In this document: positions 1 to 10,062 of the stretch, piece after piece | Layout: each line of letters starts with the position of its first letter | How positions within the stretch are numbered: the stretch's first letter is position 1 | NCBI RefSeq assembly: GCF_965221685.1 | Contig: NZ_OZ244907.1 | Source: Candidatus Palauibacter sp. | GTDB lineage: Bacteria > Gemmatimonadota > Gemmatimonadetes > Palauibacterales > Palauibacteraceae | Length of the DNA stretch: 64,000 nucleotides | Direction: 5' to 3' (one strand) | The notes under the pieces: model-generated | Seen by the model: only the letters and a program-made list of their open reading frames with translations | What the model was told of the DNA's origin: nothing | The model's database searches: none | Made by a program: the position numbers and the translations under genes

Positions 1-1
1 T

Positions 2-1690
2 TGCGACGGTTTCGATCTCGTCGCGGGGGATCCGCTCGTCGTGTCCAACCCCGCGTCGGTCACGATGTCCGTGCCCCACGCGTATCTCACGCAGGCCGCC
101 CAGGACCGGGAGGGCGGCGTGCCGCTGGTCGCGAACCGTCGCGCCCTCCTTCGCGTCTTCGCAACGGCCGATGAAGTCAACGGCTTCCTGCCGGGAGCCA
201 CGGCGACGTTCTTCCGCGACGGAGTGGAGACGTATCGGACCGAACTCGACCCTCCCGGGGGAGGGATCCCGCTCGCAGTCGACGAGAGCCGGCTCGAGAG
301 GTCCTTCAACGCCGTCATACCGGGCCGCGTGCTACAGCCGGGCGTGAGCATGGTCGTGGAACTCGATCCGGACGGCGCGCTTCCCCTGACCTCCTCGAGC
401 CGTTCCCGGTTCCCGGCCCAGGGCCGGCACGATCTCGACGTTCAGCAGATGCCCCCGCTGCGCGTGACGCTCGTTCCCGTGCAGTACCATTCGGAGGAGA
501 ACCGGGACGTGAATCCGCGCGTCGCTGCGTTCGCGAGCGAACTCGCGGCGGCGGCCATGGAGGGGGGCTCGGCCGTCGCCCGGAGCGTGCTGCGATACGC
601 CCGCACGGTGCTGCCGGTCGGCGACCTGCAGGTGGCGCTCCGCGAACCCTACCATACGTGGGCGGACACCTCGGAGGCGGGGATCGCCGGCCTCATCGGC
701 GAGATCGAACTGCTCCGGATGATGGAGGCGGAGGATCCCCGGGAGCACTACAACGGGATCTTCGGAGTCCCGAAACCGCTCTCGCGGCACCCCGACGCGT
801 ACTGGACCGACGGGCTCGGGATGCTGGGCGGGCGAAGCTCTCTCACGGGTTCGCACGGTGCGGACGGCCTGCTGCAGAGGACGGGTCGCCTCCGCCTCGT
901 GTTCGCGCACGAGCTGGGGCACAACCTGGGGCGCCCGCACACCCCCTGTGACGCGCCCGTCACCGACCCCGGGACGGTGGATCCCGACTATCCGTGGCCC
1001 GACGGTCATATCGGGGTGTGGGGACACGATTTCGGGGACGACGAAAATGGCGGTGACGGGTCGAGCTTCGGGCACCTGTTCAGTCCGGAGGGCTACCACG
1101 ACCTGATGTCCTACTGTTATCCGCAGTGGATCAGCGACTACAGCTTCACGAGGATGCTGGAGTTCCGCCTCGAGGACGCCGGCCGTGCCGTGATATCGGC
1201 AGCGGATCGCGCGGCGGATCGGGGAAGCTCGCGGGGCGAGATGCTCCTGCTCTGGGGTGGCGTGAACGCCGGCGAACTGCGTCTGGAACCCGCCTTCGTG
1301 TACCCGACGACCACACGTCTTCCCTCGTCGGCGGGTCCGTACCGCCTGTCCGGCCACGACGCGGCGGGACGCATCCTGTTCTCGCTAAGCTTCGCACCGA
1401 CGTCGGTCGCTCACGGGATCGGCGACGAGAACCGCGCGTTCGCATTCGCAATCCCGTTCGACCCCGCCTGGACCGAGACGCTGGACCACATGACGCTGCT
1501 AGGCCCCGAAGGCGCCACGACCGTGGATCGCTCCCGGGGTGGACGCGCGAGGCTGATCATCGACCGCAACGCGGGCCGCGTCCGCGGCATCATCCGCCAC
1601 TGGCCCGGCCGGCTTCCACCGGCCCTGGCGCCGGATCGCGCGGTACTGGACGTTGGCCACGGACTGCCTCGCCTCGGGACCTCTCGCTGA
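2..1690 (+). CDS. Zinc metallopeptidase, M66/StcE-like domain (5'-truncated by window edge)
   Basis: The frame is open from position 2. It carries HELGHNLGRPHTPC (HExxH..H zinc motif), GVWGHDF and DLMSYC, and is a clear paralog of the C-terminal half of 52869..56162. Confidence 0.75.
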   Translation, partial: CDGFDLVAGDPLVVSNPASVTMSVPHAYLTQAAQDREGGVPLVANRRALLRVFATADEVNGFLPGATATFFRDGVETYRTELDPPGGGIPLAVDESRLERSFNAVIPGRVLQPGVSMVVELDPDGALPLTSSSRSRFPAQGRHDLDVQQMPPLRVTLVPVQYHSEENRDVNPRVAAFASELAAAAMEGGSAVARSVLRYARTVLPVGDLQVALREPYHTWADTSEAGIAGLIGEIELLRMMEAEDPREHYNGIFGVPKPLSRHPDAYWTDGLGMLGGRSSLTGSHGADGLLQRTGRLRLVFAHELGHNLGRPHTPCDAPVTDPGTVDPDYPWPDGHIGVWGHDFGDDENGGDGSSFGHLFSPEGYHDLMSYCYPQWISDYSFTRMLEFRLEDAGRAVISAADRAADRGSSRGEMLLLWGGVNAGELRLEPAFVYPTTTRLPSSAGPYRLSGHDAAGRILFSLSFAPTSVAHGIGDENRAFAFAIPFDPAWTETLDHMTLLGPEGATTVDRSRGGRARLIIDRNAGRVRGIIRHWPGRLPPALAPDRAVLDVGHGLPRLGTSR

Positions 1691-1739
1691 ACTGAGCGTA
1701 TCGACGCCGACTCGAGCTGTCGAAGGCGCAACGGTGGCT

Positions 1740-2165
1740 TCAGCGCGTCACGGTGACCCGGATCGAGTCCACGGCTGCCCCCGCCGTCGCCGTCAGGGTC
1801 GTCGTCCCGACCCCAACGGCCTGCACCTCGTGCGCGAGGCCTTCGGGGTGCGCCCATGACGACGCGAACGCGACGCTCTCGGACGCCGAGTGCCATGTCA
1901 CCTCCGGCGACAACACTCTCCCGTTGCGGTCCCGCACGGTCACAGCGAGACGAGCCGCGCCACCCACGACGAGGTTGACGGACGCCGGCTCCACGGTCAC
2001 CGAGGCAGGTTCCGGTCCCGGTTCGTTCGGGTTCGCGATGCCCGAACCGTCGCCATCGCCGCACGCAGCCATGGCGAACGCCAAGGTAAAAACCACCGAC
2101 AGCCGGCTTCGGCCGCGCCGGGCGCCGGCTCGCCGGACATCAACATGGAATGGAATCTCGTTCAT
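1740..2165 (-). CDS. Small lipoprotein with one bacterial Ig-like (Big_2-type) domain
   Basis: Hydrophobic stretch plus lipobox MAAC, then SVTVEP..L.VG....L.VTVRD..G.V....VTW.S....VA...AVGVGTTTLTAT, a Big_2 pattern. Start is 2165 (ATG) or 2174 (GTG). Confidence 0.7.
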   Translation of the reverse strand: MNEIPFHVDVRRAGARRGRSRLSVVFTLAFAMAACGDGDGSGIANPNEPGPEPASVTVEPASVNLVVGGAARLAVTVRDRNGRVLSPEVTWHSASESVAFASSWAHPEGLAHEVQAVGVGTTTLTATAGAAVDSIRVTVTR

Positions 2166-2295
2166 CTTCAGCACGCACCTCTACCGCACACGTGTCGGAC
2201 GTTGCACCTGCGAACGCAACCGCGTACACCCGCCCCATCCGACTGATCCCCGATGGCCCCGACGACGGCTGGACCCCCGGCTGGCTGCGGCTCGG

Positions 2296-3516
2296 TTAGC
2301 TGACCGTCGCGAGGACGCGTCGGAGAGCCTCCACGTCGGATGCGTCGTTGTAGACGTTGGGCGAGACGCGCAGGGCATCTCCACGCAGCGAGGCGTAGAC
2401 GCGGGCCTCCGCGAGGCGGGCATCCATTTCGGCGAGGTCGCAGCCCGCGGGGAGGCGGACGCCGAGGATGTTTCCGGTGCGCCATTCGTCGTCCTCGATC
2501 GCCCAGCCGCGGACGCGCAGTTCGTCCGCCAGCCCGGCGAGGAGGCCACGGCAGTACTCGAGGATGTTCGCCGGGCTCCATGCGAGGATGAGGTCCAGCG
2601 CTTCGATCAACATGGGGATGAGGATGAAGTTGGATGTCTGGCCAACGTCGTATCGGGCGGCCCCTTCCCTGTATTCGTCGGTGTAGTCGACGAGCCCCTG
2701 AAAGTCCTCGGAACCGCGGCGGGAGATCCACGTTTCCTCAAGCGGCGCGCCGTCGTCGAAGCGGGCACCGTAGTAGCCGAACGCGGTCGAATAGGGCCCG
2801 AGGAGCCACTTGTACCCGACAGTGATCAACGCGTCCGGACGAATGTGTTCGACGTCGAACGGTACGGCGCCGATGGACTGTGAGCCGTCTATGACGAGCG
2901 CGGCGCCGACTTCGCGCGCCCGCACCCCCACCGCCTCGAGATCGATCCGGGTGCCGTCCGTCCAGTGGCAGTGAGGCAGCGCCACGACGGCGGTGTCCGG
3001 CCCGATCGCTTCCAGCAGCCGTTCGTTCCAGAGCGCGGCGGACGGGGGCGGGCCGGGGCGGTCGACGGTTCGGACGTCGCATCCGTGCGCCGCCGCCTGG
3101 CGCCGCCAGGCGTAGACGTTGCTCGGGAACTGCTCGCCGAGGACGACGACGTTCTGCCCCGGTTCGAGCGGAAGATTCCGGGCCGCGACCTCGATGCCGT
3201 AGGACGCGGAGGGTGCGAGCGCGATCCGCTCGGGCGGAGCGTTGACGAGGCGCCCGAATCGCTCCCGGGCACGACCGCAGTCCGTGAAGAACTCCTCGCT
3301 CGGGAAGGGCGTGGGCGAGCACTTGCGGCGGATTCCCTCCATCCCGGCCTCCGCGACCGAGCGCGGGAGGGGTCCGAGATAGGCGCAGTTGAGGAAGTGT
3401 GCGCCCTCTTCGAGTTGAAAGAGACGCCTCTGGCACGCAAGCGTGGACTCGACCGCGATGCTCACCCGGCTGTGCGGCTCATTGGCCTCGACCCGTTCGG
3501 CGTCGCGGCCGTTCAA
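2296..3516 (-). CDS. PLP-dependent class V aminotransferase-fold enzyme (cysteine desulfurase/lyase-like)
   Basis: FLNCAYLGP, EQFPSN, DGSQSIG, GYKWLLGP (PLP lysine) and LRVSPNVYN. Start is uncertain. Confidence 0.8.
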   Translation of the reverse strand: MNGRDAERVEANEPHSRVSIAVESTLACQRRLFQLEEGAHFLNCAYLGPLPRSVAEAGMEGIRRKCSPTPFPSEEFFTDCGRARERFGRLVNAPPERIALAPSASYGIEVAARNLPLEPGQNVVVLGEQFPSNVYAWRRQAAAHGCDVRTVDRPGPPPSAALWNERLLEAIGPDTAVVALPHCHWTDGTRIDLEAVGVRAREVGAALVIDGSQSIGAVPFDVEHIRPDALITVGYKWLLGPYSTAFGYYGARFDDGAPLEETWISRRGSEDFQGLVDYTDEYREGAARYDVGQTSNFILIPMLIEALDLILAWSPANILEYCRGLLAGLADELRVRGWAIEDDEWRTGNILGVRLPAGCDLAEMDARLAEARVYASLRGDALRVSPNVYNDASDVEALRRVLATVS

Positions 3517-3522
3517 GCTTCG

Positions 3523-5079
3523 TCATGAGGGAGCAGCTCCCGCTGGGGGTTCGACTTCAAGATCTTCGCCAGCGCCCTCCGATGTCAAAGAAGGCGCCGA
3601 TTCGACGAGGAGCGCTCTCAGTCGGGCGCGGTCCACCTTGCCCGTCGCCGTCCGGGGGAGACGATCGAGCACCTCCCAGCGGCGGGGCACGCGCGGACCC
3701 GACAGCCGTTCGCGGCACCACGGATCGAGCCGGGCGGGGAGGTCGGGCTCTTCGCCGGCAACGACGGCGACCACGACCTGCCCCCACCGGTGATCCGGCA
3801 CGCCGATGACGGCGGTTTCCCGCACGTCCGGATGGGTGGCGAGCACGGCTTCGACGTGTGCCGGGTCGACGTTCGCTCCTCCGCTCACGATCCGGTCGCG
3901 CAGCCGCCCCGTCACCTCCAGGCGACCCTGCTCGTCGAGACGACCGAGGTCGCCCGTCGCGAACCAGGCGTCGGTGGGCCGCGCGGACTCTCCGACGTAT
4001 CCCCGGAACAGCGTGTCGCCGCGCACCTCGATGTGCCCTCGGGCGGGCGCGCCGGCCGACCCTTCGCCGGCGTCGCCGGGGGGGCGGATCCGCACTTCGA
4101 CGCCGGTCAGCGGGACGCCGGCCGACCGGTCGCCGGCGCGCACCTCCGCCGGAGTCGCCGTGGTGACTTGCGACCCCGCCTCGGTCAATCCGTACGTCAG
4201 CGCGATCGGCCACCCGGCGGACAGCGCCCGCTCCGCCAGGTCCGGCGGGGTCGCCGCGCCGCCGAGCAGGACGGCGCGCAGTGAGCCCGGCGGCCGGGCG
4301 CCGGCGGCCAGCAGCCCGTGCAGCATGGCCGGCACGAGCGAGAGGTGCGTCACGGCGAGCTCGCCGAGCGCCCGGGCGACGGAGGCGGCGTCGAACCGCG
4401 GCCCCGCCAGCGCGACCGTGGCGCCCGCGGCCGCGGCCCTCAGCGGCACGGCGAGCCCTCCGACGTGCGCCCAGGCAAGCGTCGCGAGCCACCGGTCGTC
4501 CGCGCCGAATCCGAGGCGCTCGTTCGAGGCGATCGCGTTCGCGCGCAGCGACCCCCATTCGTGGGCGACGAAGCGGGGCAGGCCGTCGGTTCCGGAGGTG
4601 GGGAGGATGACGCCGGCCCCGGGGAGATCCCCCTGTACGGGAGGTGCCACTGCAGCGGGGAGATGCGCCGGAGCAGGGTCCCGCACATGCAGGGCGATCT
4701 CTCCGATCCCGGGGACCGCGAGTGCCCGCGACCTCCACCCGGGCGTCGGCCACGCCGCAGCCCTCCCCGTGAGGGCGGCGGCCGGCTGGAGCGCCGCGAC
4801 GAAAGCGTCCCGCTCATGCGACGTCCACTCCGCGTGTGCGGGCGCGAGCACCCAGGCACCCCCCGGCGCGGCTTCCTGCGCGACCGCGGCCAGGGCGGCC
4901 GCGCCGGCCGGATCCAACGGAAACTGGTGAGCGACGACGGCCCCCGCCTCGACTCCCTCTTCCTCCAGGACCCCGGCCACCGTGCCGCTCGCGGCGCGGA
5001 TCTCGGCGGCGGACCACGCCCGCTCTCGCGACACGAGCGCGAGGGACAGGGCCGAGGCGGGAGTCGCGGGTTCGTTCAC
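3523..5079 (-). CDS. menE: o-succinylbenzoate-CoA ligase
   Basis: AMP-binding motifs TSGTDGLPR, YGLTEAGSQ, TGDLG, GRLRDRIVSGGANV and PRTATGK. The GTG start overlaps the menA stop (GTGA), and the gene lies in the men cluster. Confidence 0.82.
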   Translation of the reverse strand: MNEPATPASALSLALVSRERAWSAAEIRAASGTVAGVLEEEGVEAGAVVAHQFPLDPAGAAALAAVAQEAAPGGAWVLAPAHAEWTSHERDAFVAALQPAAALTGRAAAWPTPGWRSRALAVPGIGEIALHVRDPAPAHLPAAVAPPVQGDLPGAGVILPTSGTDGLPRFVAHEWGSLRANAIASNERLGFGADDRWLATLAWAHVGGLAVPLRAAAAGATVALAGPRFDAASVARALGELAVTHLSLVPAMLHGLLAAGARPPGSLRAVLLGGAATPPDLAERALSAGWPIALTYGLTEAGSQVTTATPAEVRAGDRSAGVPLTGVEVRIRPPGDAGEGSAGAPARGHIEVRGDTLFRGYVGESARPTDAWFATGDLGRLDEQGRLEVTGRLRDRIVSGGANVDPAHVEAVLATHPDVRETAVIGVPDHRWGQVVVAVVAGEEPDLPARLDPWCRERLSGPRVPRRWEVLDRLPRTATGKVDRARLRALLVESAPSLTSEGAGEDLEVEPPAGAAPS

Positions 5080-5969
5080 CACAGGCAGCCGACCGCGAAC
5101 AGGAGACCCCAGGCCCCGGTCGTCCTCGCCGTGGCGGCGAGCGCGGGGTTGAGCGTCCGCGGGTCCTTGTACGTCCACACGACCCTCAGCGGAGCGATCG
5201 CGAACAGAGCCGCGCCCGACGCGAGCAGCGTCCCCGGAGGCCACCATCCCGCCATGACGCCGACCGGCGGCACGGCCGCGGCAACGGCGACGAGCAGCGA
5301 ATATTGGATCCGCGTCGCCGACGGGCCGATCCGTACCGCCAGCGTGCGCTTCCCCGCCGCGGCATCCGTCGTGATGTCGCGCAGATTGTTCACGACCAGG
5401 ATCGCCGTGGCGAGCGCCCCCGCGCCGAATCCCGCGAGCAGCGCCTCGGGCGCCCAGCGGAGGAGCTGCACGTAATACGTGCCGGCCACGGCGACGGGAC
5501 CGAACAGGATCAGCACGGCCAAATCGCCCAGCCCGTGGTAGCCGTACGGCCACGGCCCACCCGTGTAGCAGACCGCCAGCAGGATCGAGCCCACGCCGAT
5601 CCACACGACCGGCCATCCGCCCACGTTCACGAGATAGACGCCCACCGCAAAGGCGAGAGCGAACGATACCGCCGCCCCGAGCCGGACGGCGGCCGCGGTC
5701 AGGAGGCCTGTCTGCGTGACCCGCGGAGTGCCGAGCCGGTCGGCCGTGTCCGCGCCGCGCGCAAAGTCGGAGTAGTCGTTCGCGAAGTTCGTGCCGATCT
5801 GAATGAGCAGTGCGGCGCCGAGCGCCGCCAGAAAGGGCGCGACGGAGAAGCCGCCGTCCTTCCACGCCAACCCGCCGCCCGCGATCACGGGCCCCGCAGC
5901 GGCCGGCAGCGTGCGCAGGCGCGCGCCGGCGATCCACGCGCCCGCGCTGCCGGGCGTTACGGGCGCCAA
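5076..5969 (-). CDS. menA: 1,4-dihydroxy-2-naphthoate polyprenyltransferase
   Basis: [32 protein letters not shown] and NNLRDI..D...GKRTLAVR, with multiple TM helices. Probable TTG start at 5969. Confidence 0.92.
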   Translation of the reverse strand: MAPVTPGSAGAWIAGARLRTLPAAAGPVIAGGGLAWKDGGFSVAPFLAALGAALLIQIGTNFANDYSDFARGADTADRLGTPRVTQTGLLTAAAVRLGAAVSFALAFAVGVYLVNVGGWPVVWIGVGSILLAVCYTGGPWPYGYHGLGDLAVLILFGPVAVAGTYYVQLLRWAPEALLAGFGAGALATAILVVNNLRDITTDAAAGKRTLAVRIGPSATRIQYSLLVAVAAAVPPVGVMAGWWPPGTLLASGAALFAIAPLRVVWTYKDPRTLNPALAATARTTGAWGLLFAVGCLW

Positions 5970-6817
5970 GGGTACTGTCGGAAGTTCGGCGCGCGCTTCT
6001 CGAGGAACGCGTTCTTCCCTTCCTGGCCCTCCTCCGTCATGTAGAAGAGCATCGTCGCGTGACCCGCGAGTTCCTGGAGCCCGGCCTGCCCATCGCAGTC
6101 CGCGTTCATTGCCGCCTTCAGGCACCGGATCGCGAGCGGGCTCTTCCCCAGAATCTCGCGCGCCCAGTCGACCCCCTCCGCTTCCATCCGCGCGAGCGGC
6201 ACGACCTTGTTCACGAGCCCCATCCGCTCCGCTTCCTCCGCTCCGTACTGCCGGCACAGGTACCAGATCTCGCGCGCCTTCTTCTGTCCCACCGACCGCG
6301 CCAGGTACGAGGAACCGAACCCCCCGTCGAAGCTCCCCACCTTCGGCCCCGTCTGTCCGAACACGGCGTTGTCCGCCGCGATCGTGAGATCGCACACGAC
6401 ATGCAGTACATGCCCGCCGCCGATCGCGTACCCGGCGACGAGCGCGATGACCGGCTTCGGCATCGAGCGGATGAGGCGCTGGAGCTCGAGGACGTTGAGG
6501 CGCGCGACGCCGTCCTTCCCCACATATCCGGCGGTCCCGCGCACGCGCTGGTCGCCACCGGAGCAGAAGGCCCACTTCCCGTCCCTCGAAGGTCCGTTGC
6601 CGGTGAGGAGGACGACGCCGATCTCCTCGTCATCTCTCGCGTCCTGAAACGCCTCGTACATCTCGAACAGCGTGTCGGGACGGAACGCGTTGCGAACCTC
6701 GGGTCGGTTGAAGGCGATGCGGGCGATCCCGTCGCTCTTGTGATAGGTGATGTCCCGGTAGTCGCCGGCCGGCTCCCAGTCGACACCGCTTTCCGGGGGG
6801 GAAAAGGTCTCTGCCAT
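5957..6817 (-). CDS. menB: 1,4-dihydroxy-2-naphthoyl-CoA synthase
   Basis: [39 protein letters not shown] and [10 protein letters not shown]. Confidence 0.97.
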   Translation of the reverse strand: MAETFSPPESGVDWEPAGDYRDITYHKSDGIARIAFNRPEVRNAFRPDTLFEMYEAFQDARDDEEIGVVLLTGNGPSRDGKWAFCSGGDQRVRGTAGYVGKDGVARLNVLELQRLIRSMPKPVIALVAGYAIGGGHVLHVVCDLTIAADNAVFGQTGPKVGSFDGGFGSSYLARSVGQKKAREIWYLCRQYGAEEAERMGLVNKVVPLARMEAEGVDWAREILGKSPLAIRCLKAAMNADCDGQAGLQELAGHATMLFYMTEEGQEGKNAFLEKRAPNFRQYPWRP

Positions 6818-6830
6818 CTCGGGTTCTCCC

Positions 6831-8594
6831 TCAGATCTCGCGGCGCGCCGCCTCCTTCGCGCTTTCGATCGCGGCGGTGCGCTGCTGCCAGTTGTGGTCA
6901 CGCTCGATGCACGCCTCCGTGAGGCGAAGGCCGCGGCCCTCCGCCTTCGGGCCCGGCGCCTTCACCGCCTCCCGCAATTCGGCGGCCGACGAGACGAGAC
7001 GGTGCGGGATTCCGGCGGCGGCGGCAACCGCGCCGAGATCGACGGACTGGGGCATGACGACGTACGGGGTGAAGGGCGGATCGTGCTCGCGGATCGGCAG
7101 CATGTGGAAGATGCCGCCGCCGCGGTTCTGGATGACGACGAGGTGGAGCGAGATGCCGGGCGGGCGATCCACGAGCAGCGCCCCCACATCGTGTAGCAGC
7201 GTGAGGTCGCCGATGAGCGCGGCCGCGGGCCGTCCCGCGGCGGCCGCGGCGCCGAGTGCCGCGCTCACGTTGCCATCGATCCCGCTCGCGCCCCGCAGAC
7301 CGAGCGGGCGCAGCGGTCGATCCGTCGCGCGCGTGAAGGCGTCCACGTCGCGAATCGGCATCGAGTTGCCGATGAACCAGGGCGTCCCGTCCGGGAGGCT
7401 TCGCGCCATGGTGTCGGCAACGGCGCCCTCGAACCAGGTCCCCGCCAGCGACGGCTCGACCGCCAGCCGCGCCGCGCGGTCCACTGCCCGCCACCGCTCG
7501 ACCCAAGCCTCTTCCGCTTCCCCGGAGTCGGTCGCGGCCGCACGCTCGAGAGTCGCGACGGGATCGCCCGTTAGCGGGCGCGCGCTCGTTGCGAGATGAT
7601 CCCGCCAGCGGTGCGTCGCGTCGAGCACGAACTGGGGCGCGTCCGCGTGCCGCTCCAGGTAGCGACAGACCGCCGCGGAGGTCGGCGCGCGGCCGACGCG
7701 AACGATCAGATCGGGTCGGAGCGCCGCGGCGACGTCATCGGCCCGGAGCGAGAGATCGGCGCTGCTCATCGTCCAGCGCTCCGCGCCGGAGCCGAAACGG
7801 GCGCCGGAGAGCGGATCGGCGATGAGCGGAACGCGAACCCGGCGCGCCAGCGCCAGGACGGCGCGGCCGATCCCGGACCGCCGGTTGGGACCGCAGACGA
7901 TCAGCGGTCGCCGCGCGCCTTGCAGCAGGGCGGCGAGTTCGCCACCGGCGTCCGGCGGCAGCGTTCCGGGAGCGTCGTCGGGCGTCGCGGAGCCGGGGAG
8001 GCGCGGCTCCAGACCGGGGGGCACGTCGCCCGCGACGTGGACCGGCTCGAGCGGCTTCGCGAACTGAACGTTCAGATGCACCGGTCCCGCGGGAGACCCG
8101 AGCGCCGCACGCCACGCCGCCTCGACCGCGGCTCCAAGGCGCGCGAGCCCCGCGGCCGTCGGTTCCGGAAGCGCAAGGTCAATGGATCGCCGGGGGTACC
8201 GGCCGAAGAGATCCCGCTGGTCGATCGTCTGGTTCGCATCCGTTCCCCTCAGCGCCGCCGGCCGGTCCGCCGTCAGCGCGAGGAACGGGATCTCGCTCCG
8301 GCTCGCTTCCACAACCGCCGGAAAGAGGTTGGCCGCAGCGGTGCCGGACGTAGTGACGACCGCAGCCGGCCGTCCGCTCGCCGCGCCCACGCCCAGAGCG
8401 AAGAAGCCGGCGCTCCGTTCATCCACATGGGGGTGAAGGGTGAACCGGTGGTCCGCGGCCAGCGCCTCTACGAGGGGGGCCGAGCGGGATCCGGAACCGA
8501 TGCAGGCGTGCGACACTCCGCGCCGCCCGAGCCCGTCGACGAGCGCCCGCGCCCACAGTGCGTTCCGATTGGGCGCGGCCGGCGTCCGGCTCAC
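6831..8594 (-). CDS. menD: SEPHCHC synthase (ThDP-dependent)
   Basis: [52 protein letters not shown] and GD..N.GGGIF. The GTG start overlaps the menF stop. Confidence 0.95.
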   Translation of the reverse strand: MSRTPAAPNRNALWARALVDGLGRRGVSHACIGSGSRSAPLVEALAADHRFTLHPHVDERSAGFFALGVGAASGRPAAVVTTSGTAAANLFPAVVEASRSEIPFLALTADRPAALRGTDANQTIDQRDLFGRYPRRSIDLALPEPTAAGLARLGAAVEAAWRAALGSPAGPVHLNVQFAKPLEPVHVAGDVPPGLEPRLPGSATPDDAPGTLPPDAGGELAALLQGARRPLIVCGPNRRSGIGRAVLALARRVRVPLIADPLSGARFGSGAERWTMSSADLSLRADDVAAALRPDLIVRVGRAPTSAAVCRYLERHADAPQFVLDATHRWRDHLATSARPLTGDPVATLERAAATDSGEAEEAWVERWRAVDRAARLAVEPSLAGTWFEGAVADTMARSLPDGTPWFIGNSMPIRDVDAFTRATDRPLRPLGLRGASGIDGNVSAALGAAAAAGRPAAALIGDLTLLHDVGALLVDRPPGISLHLVVIQNRGGGIFHMLPIREHDPPFTPYVVMPQSVDLGAVAAAAGIPHRLVSSAAELREAVKAPGPKAEGRGLRLTEACIERDHNWQQRTAAIESAKEAARREI

Positions 8595-10024
8595 CGCATC
8601 CGCGCGACACCGAGCGCCGCGAGCATCGTCTGCAGCTTCACCCGGGTCTCGTCCCATTCCGCCCGAGCCCGGGAGTTGCTCACGAGGCCCGCGGCAGCGT
8701 AGAGCCGAAAGAGCGGTCCCCTGGCGACGCCGCCCCGCAATGCCGGAGCGAACTCCCCGTCACCCTCTTCGTCGAACCAGCCGACCGGACCCGCGTACCA
8801 GCCGCGACTTTCCGTCTCGCGCGCCCGGATCATTTCGAGGGCGTTGGCGCGCGGGTCACCGCACACGGCTGCGGTGGGATGGAGCTTCTCCACAAGCGAC
8901 AGGATATGCGTCCCGGGTCGCGTCTCCGCCTCCAGGTCCGTGCGCAGGTGCTGGATCCGCGGCAGGCGCAGGAGGGCGGGCTCCGGGATCGCTCCGATCC
9001 GGACACCGCCCTGGCGCAGCCGTTCGACGATGTCCTCGACAACGACGAGGTGTTCCTCCCGGTTCTTGCGGCTATCGATCAACTGGCGGCCGAGCCAGGC
9101 GTCCGATGCCGGATCCGAGCCGCGCGGCGTCGACCCCCCGACCGCCATCGTGCGAAAACGCCGGCCGCGCAGCGAACCGATCAACTCGGGGGCGGCACCG
9201 ACGAGGAAGCGGTCGCGCGCGAACTGCATCAGGTAGAGGTGCGCGAGCGGGTTCGCCGTGCGCAGAGCGGTGAGAACCGCGGCGGAGTCCGGCGGTCTCC
9301 CGAGCGTGATGTCGATGGAGCGCGCGAGCACGACCTTTCGCACCCGGCCGGACCGGATCTCGTCGAGGATCTCGTTCACGGCGCGCTGCCATTGCCGCCG
9401 ATCCACGAGTTCCTGGATCGCGGTCGCGGACGGGACGGGCCCCGGCGTCGCCCCATGGCGCTCGAGCCTGGCCAGTTGCTCGCGCGTGCGCGTCGCGCGG
9501 CGGCGGAGTCGATCGATGGCCCGATCGCCGGAGGTGCCGGCGTCGAAGCGGCGCGTCACCGTCAGCCACGCGCCACGTTCGTCCGCCTCGACCTCGTAGG
9601 CCGGCAGCACGAAGCGCGCACCCGGGAACGCCTCCCAGAAGCCCGGCTCCCGATCCGCACGTCGCGCGGGGTCGAAGGCGAAGCCGCCGTGCATGCGCGG
9701 CCGCCGCGCCTCCCCGTCCAGGTCGAGGACCCACGGTTCAGAGAACAGCGTCGCCGCGCGCTCCCGCGTCCAGGCGATCAGATCTCCGGGCGGGGGTCCC
9801 GGCACGCCCTCCCGGCTGTCGATCTCCGCAGCGGAGCCCGCGTGCGCGATCCAGTGCGGGCCGCTCTGCCAGAAGCCGCGCACGCCGACCGTCGGCGAGG
9901 CGAGCACGGCCTCGGGCTCGATGCTCGGCAAACGCAGCGTCACGCTGGCGAAATAACCCGCCCCGCGCGCGGCTTCGACCGCCTCCTCCGCCCGCTTCTC
10001 GCGGGAGGGCCGCGCCGCCTTCAT
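8591..10024 (-). CDS. menF: Isochorismate synthase
   Basis: KVVLAR, PEL, KNREEH.VV, LHPTAAVCG.P, RGWYAGPVGW, A.LR and E..ET..K (chorismate-binding MST family). Directly upstream of menD. Confidence 0.9.
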   Translation of the reverse strand: MKAARPSREKRAEEAVEAARGAGYFASVTLRLPSIEPEAVLASPTVGVRGFWQSGPHWIAHAGSAAEIDSREGVPGPPPGDLIAWTRERAATLFSEPWVLDLDGEARRPRMHGGFAFDPARRADREPGFWEAFPGARFVLPAYEVEADERGAWLTVTRRFDAGTSGDRAIDRLRRRATRTREQLARLERHGATPGPVPSATAIQELVDRRQWQRAVNEILDEIRSGRVRKVVLARSIDITLGRPPDSAAVLTALRTANPLAHLYLMQFARDRFLVGAAPELIGSLRGRRFRTMAVGGSTPRGSDPASDAWLGRQLIDSRKNREEHLVVVEDIVERLRQGGVRIGAIPEPALLRLPRIQHLRTDLEAETRPGTHILSLVEKLHPTAAVCGDPRANALEMIRARETESRGWYAGPVGWFDEEGDGEFAPALRGGVARGPLFRLYAAAGLVSNSRARAEWDETRVKLQTMLAALGVARMR

Positions 10025-10062
10025 GCCGTCGCCCTCATGCCGTCGCCTTCATGCCGTCGCCC
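10021..10062. repeat. 3 x 14-bp tandem repeat (tcatgccgtcgccc/t)
   Basis: Units at 10021-10034, 10035-10048 and 10049-10062, with one mismatch. On the minus strand each unit reads (G/A)GGCGACGGCATGA. Confidence 0.95.

Noticed and set aside
1690-2165. Invertible (shufflon-like) arrangement between the Ig lipoprotein and the adjacent protease
   Set aside because: No inverted recombination sites or recombinase were found, and the genes are simply convergent.
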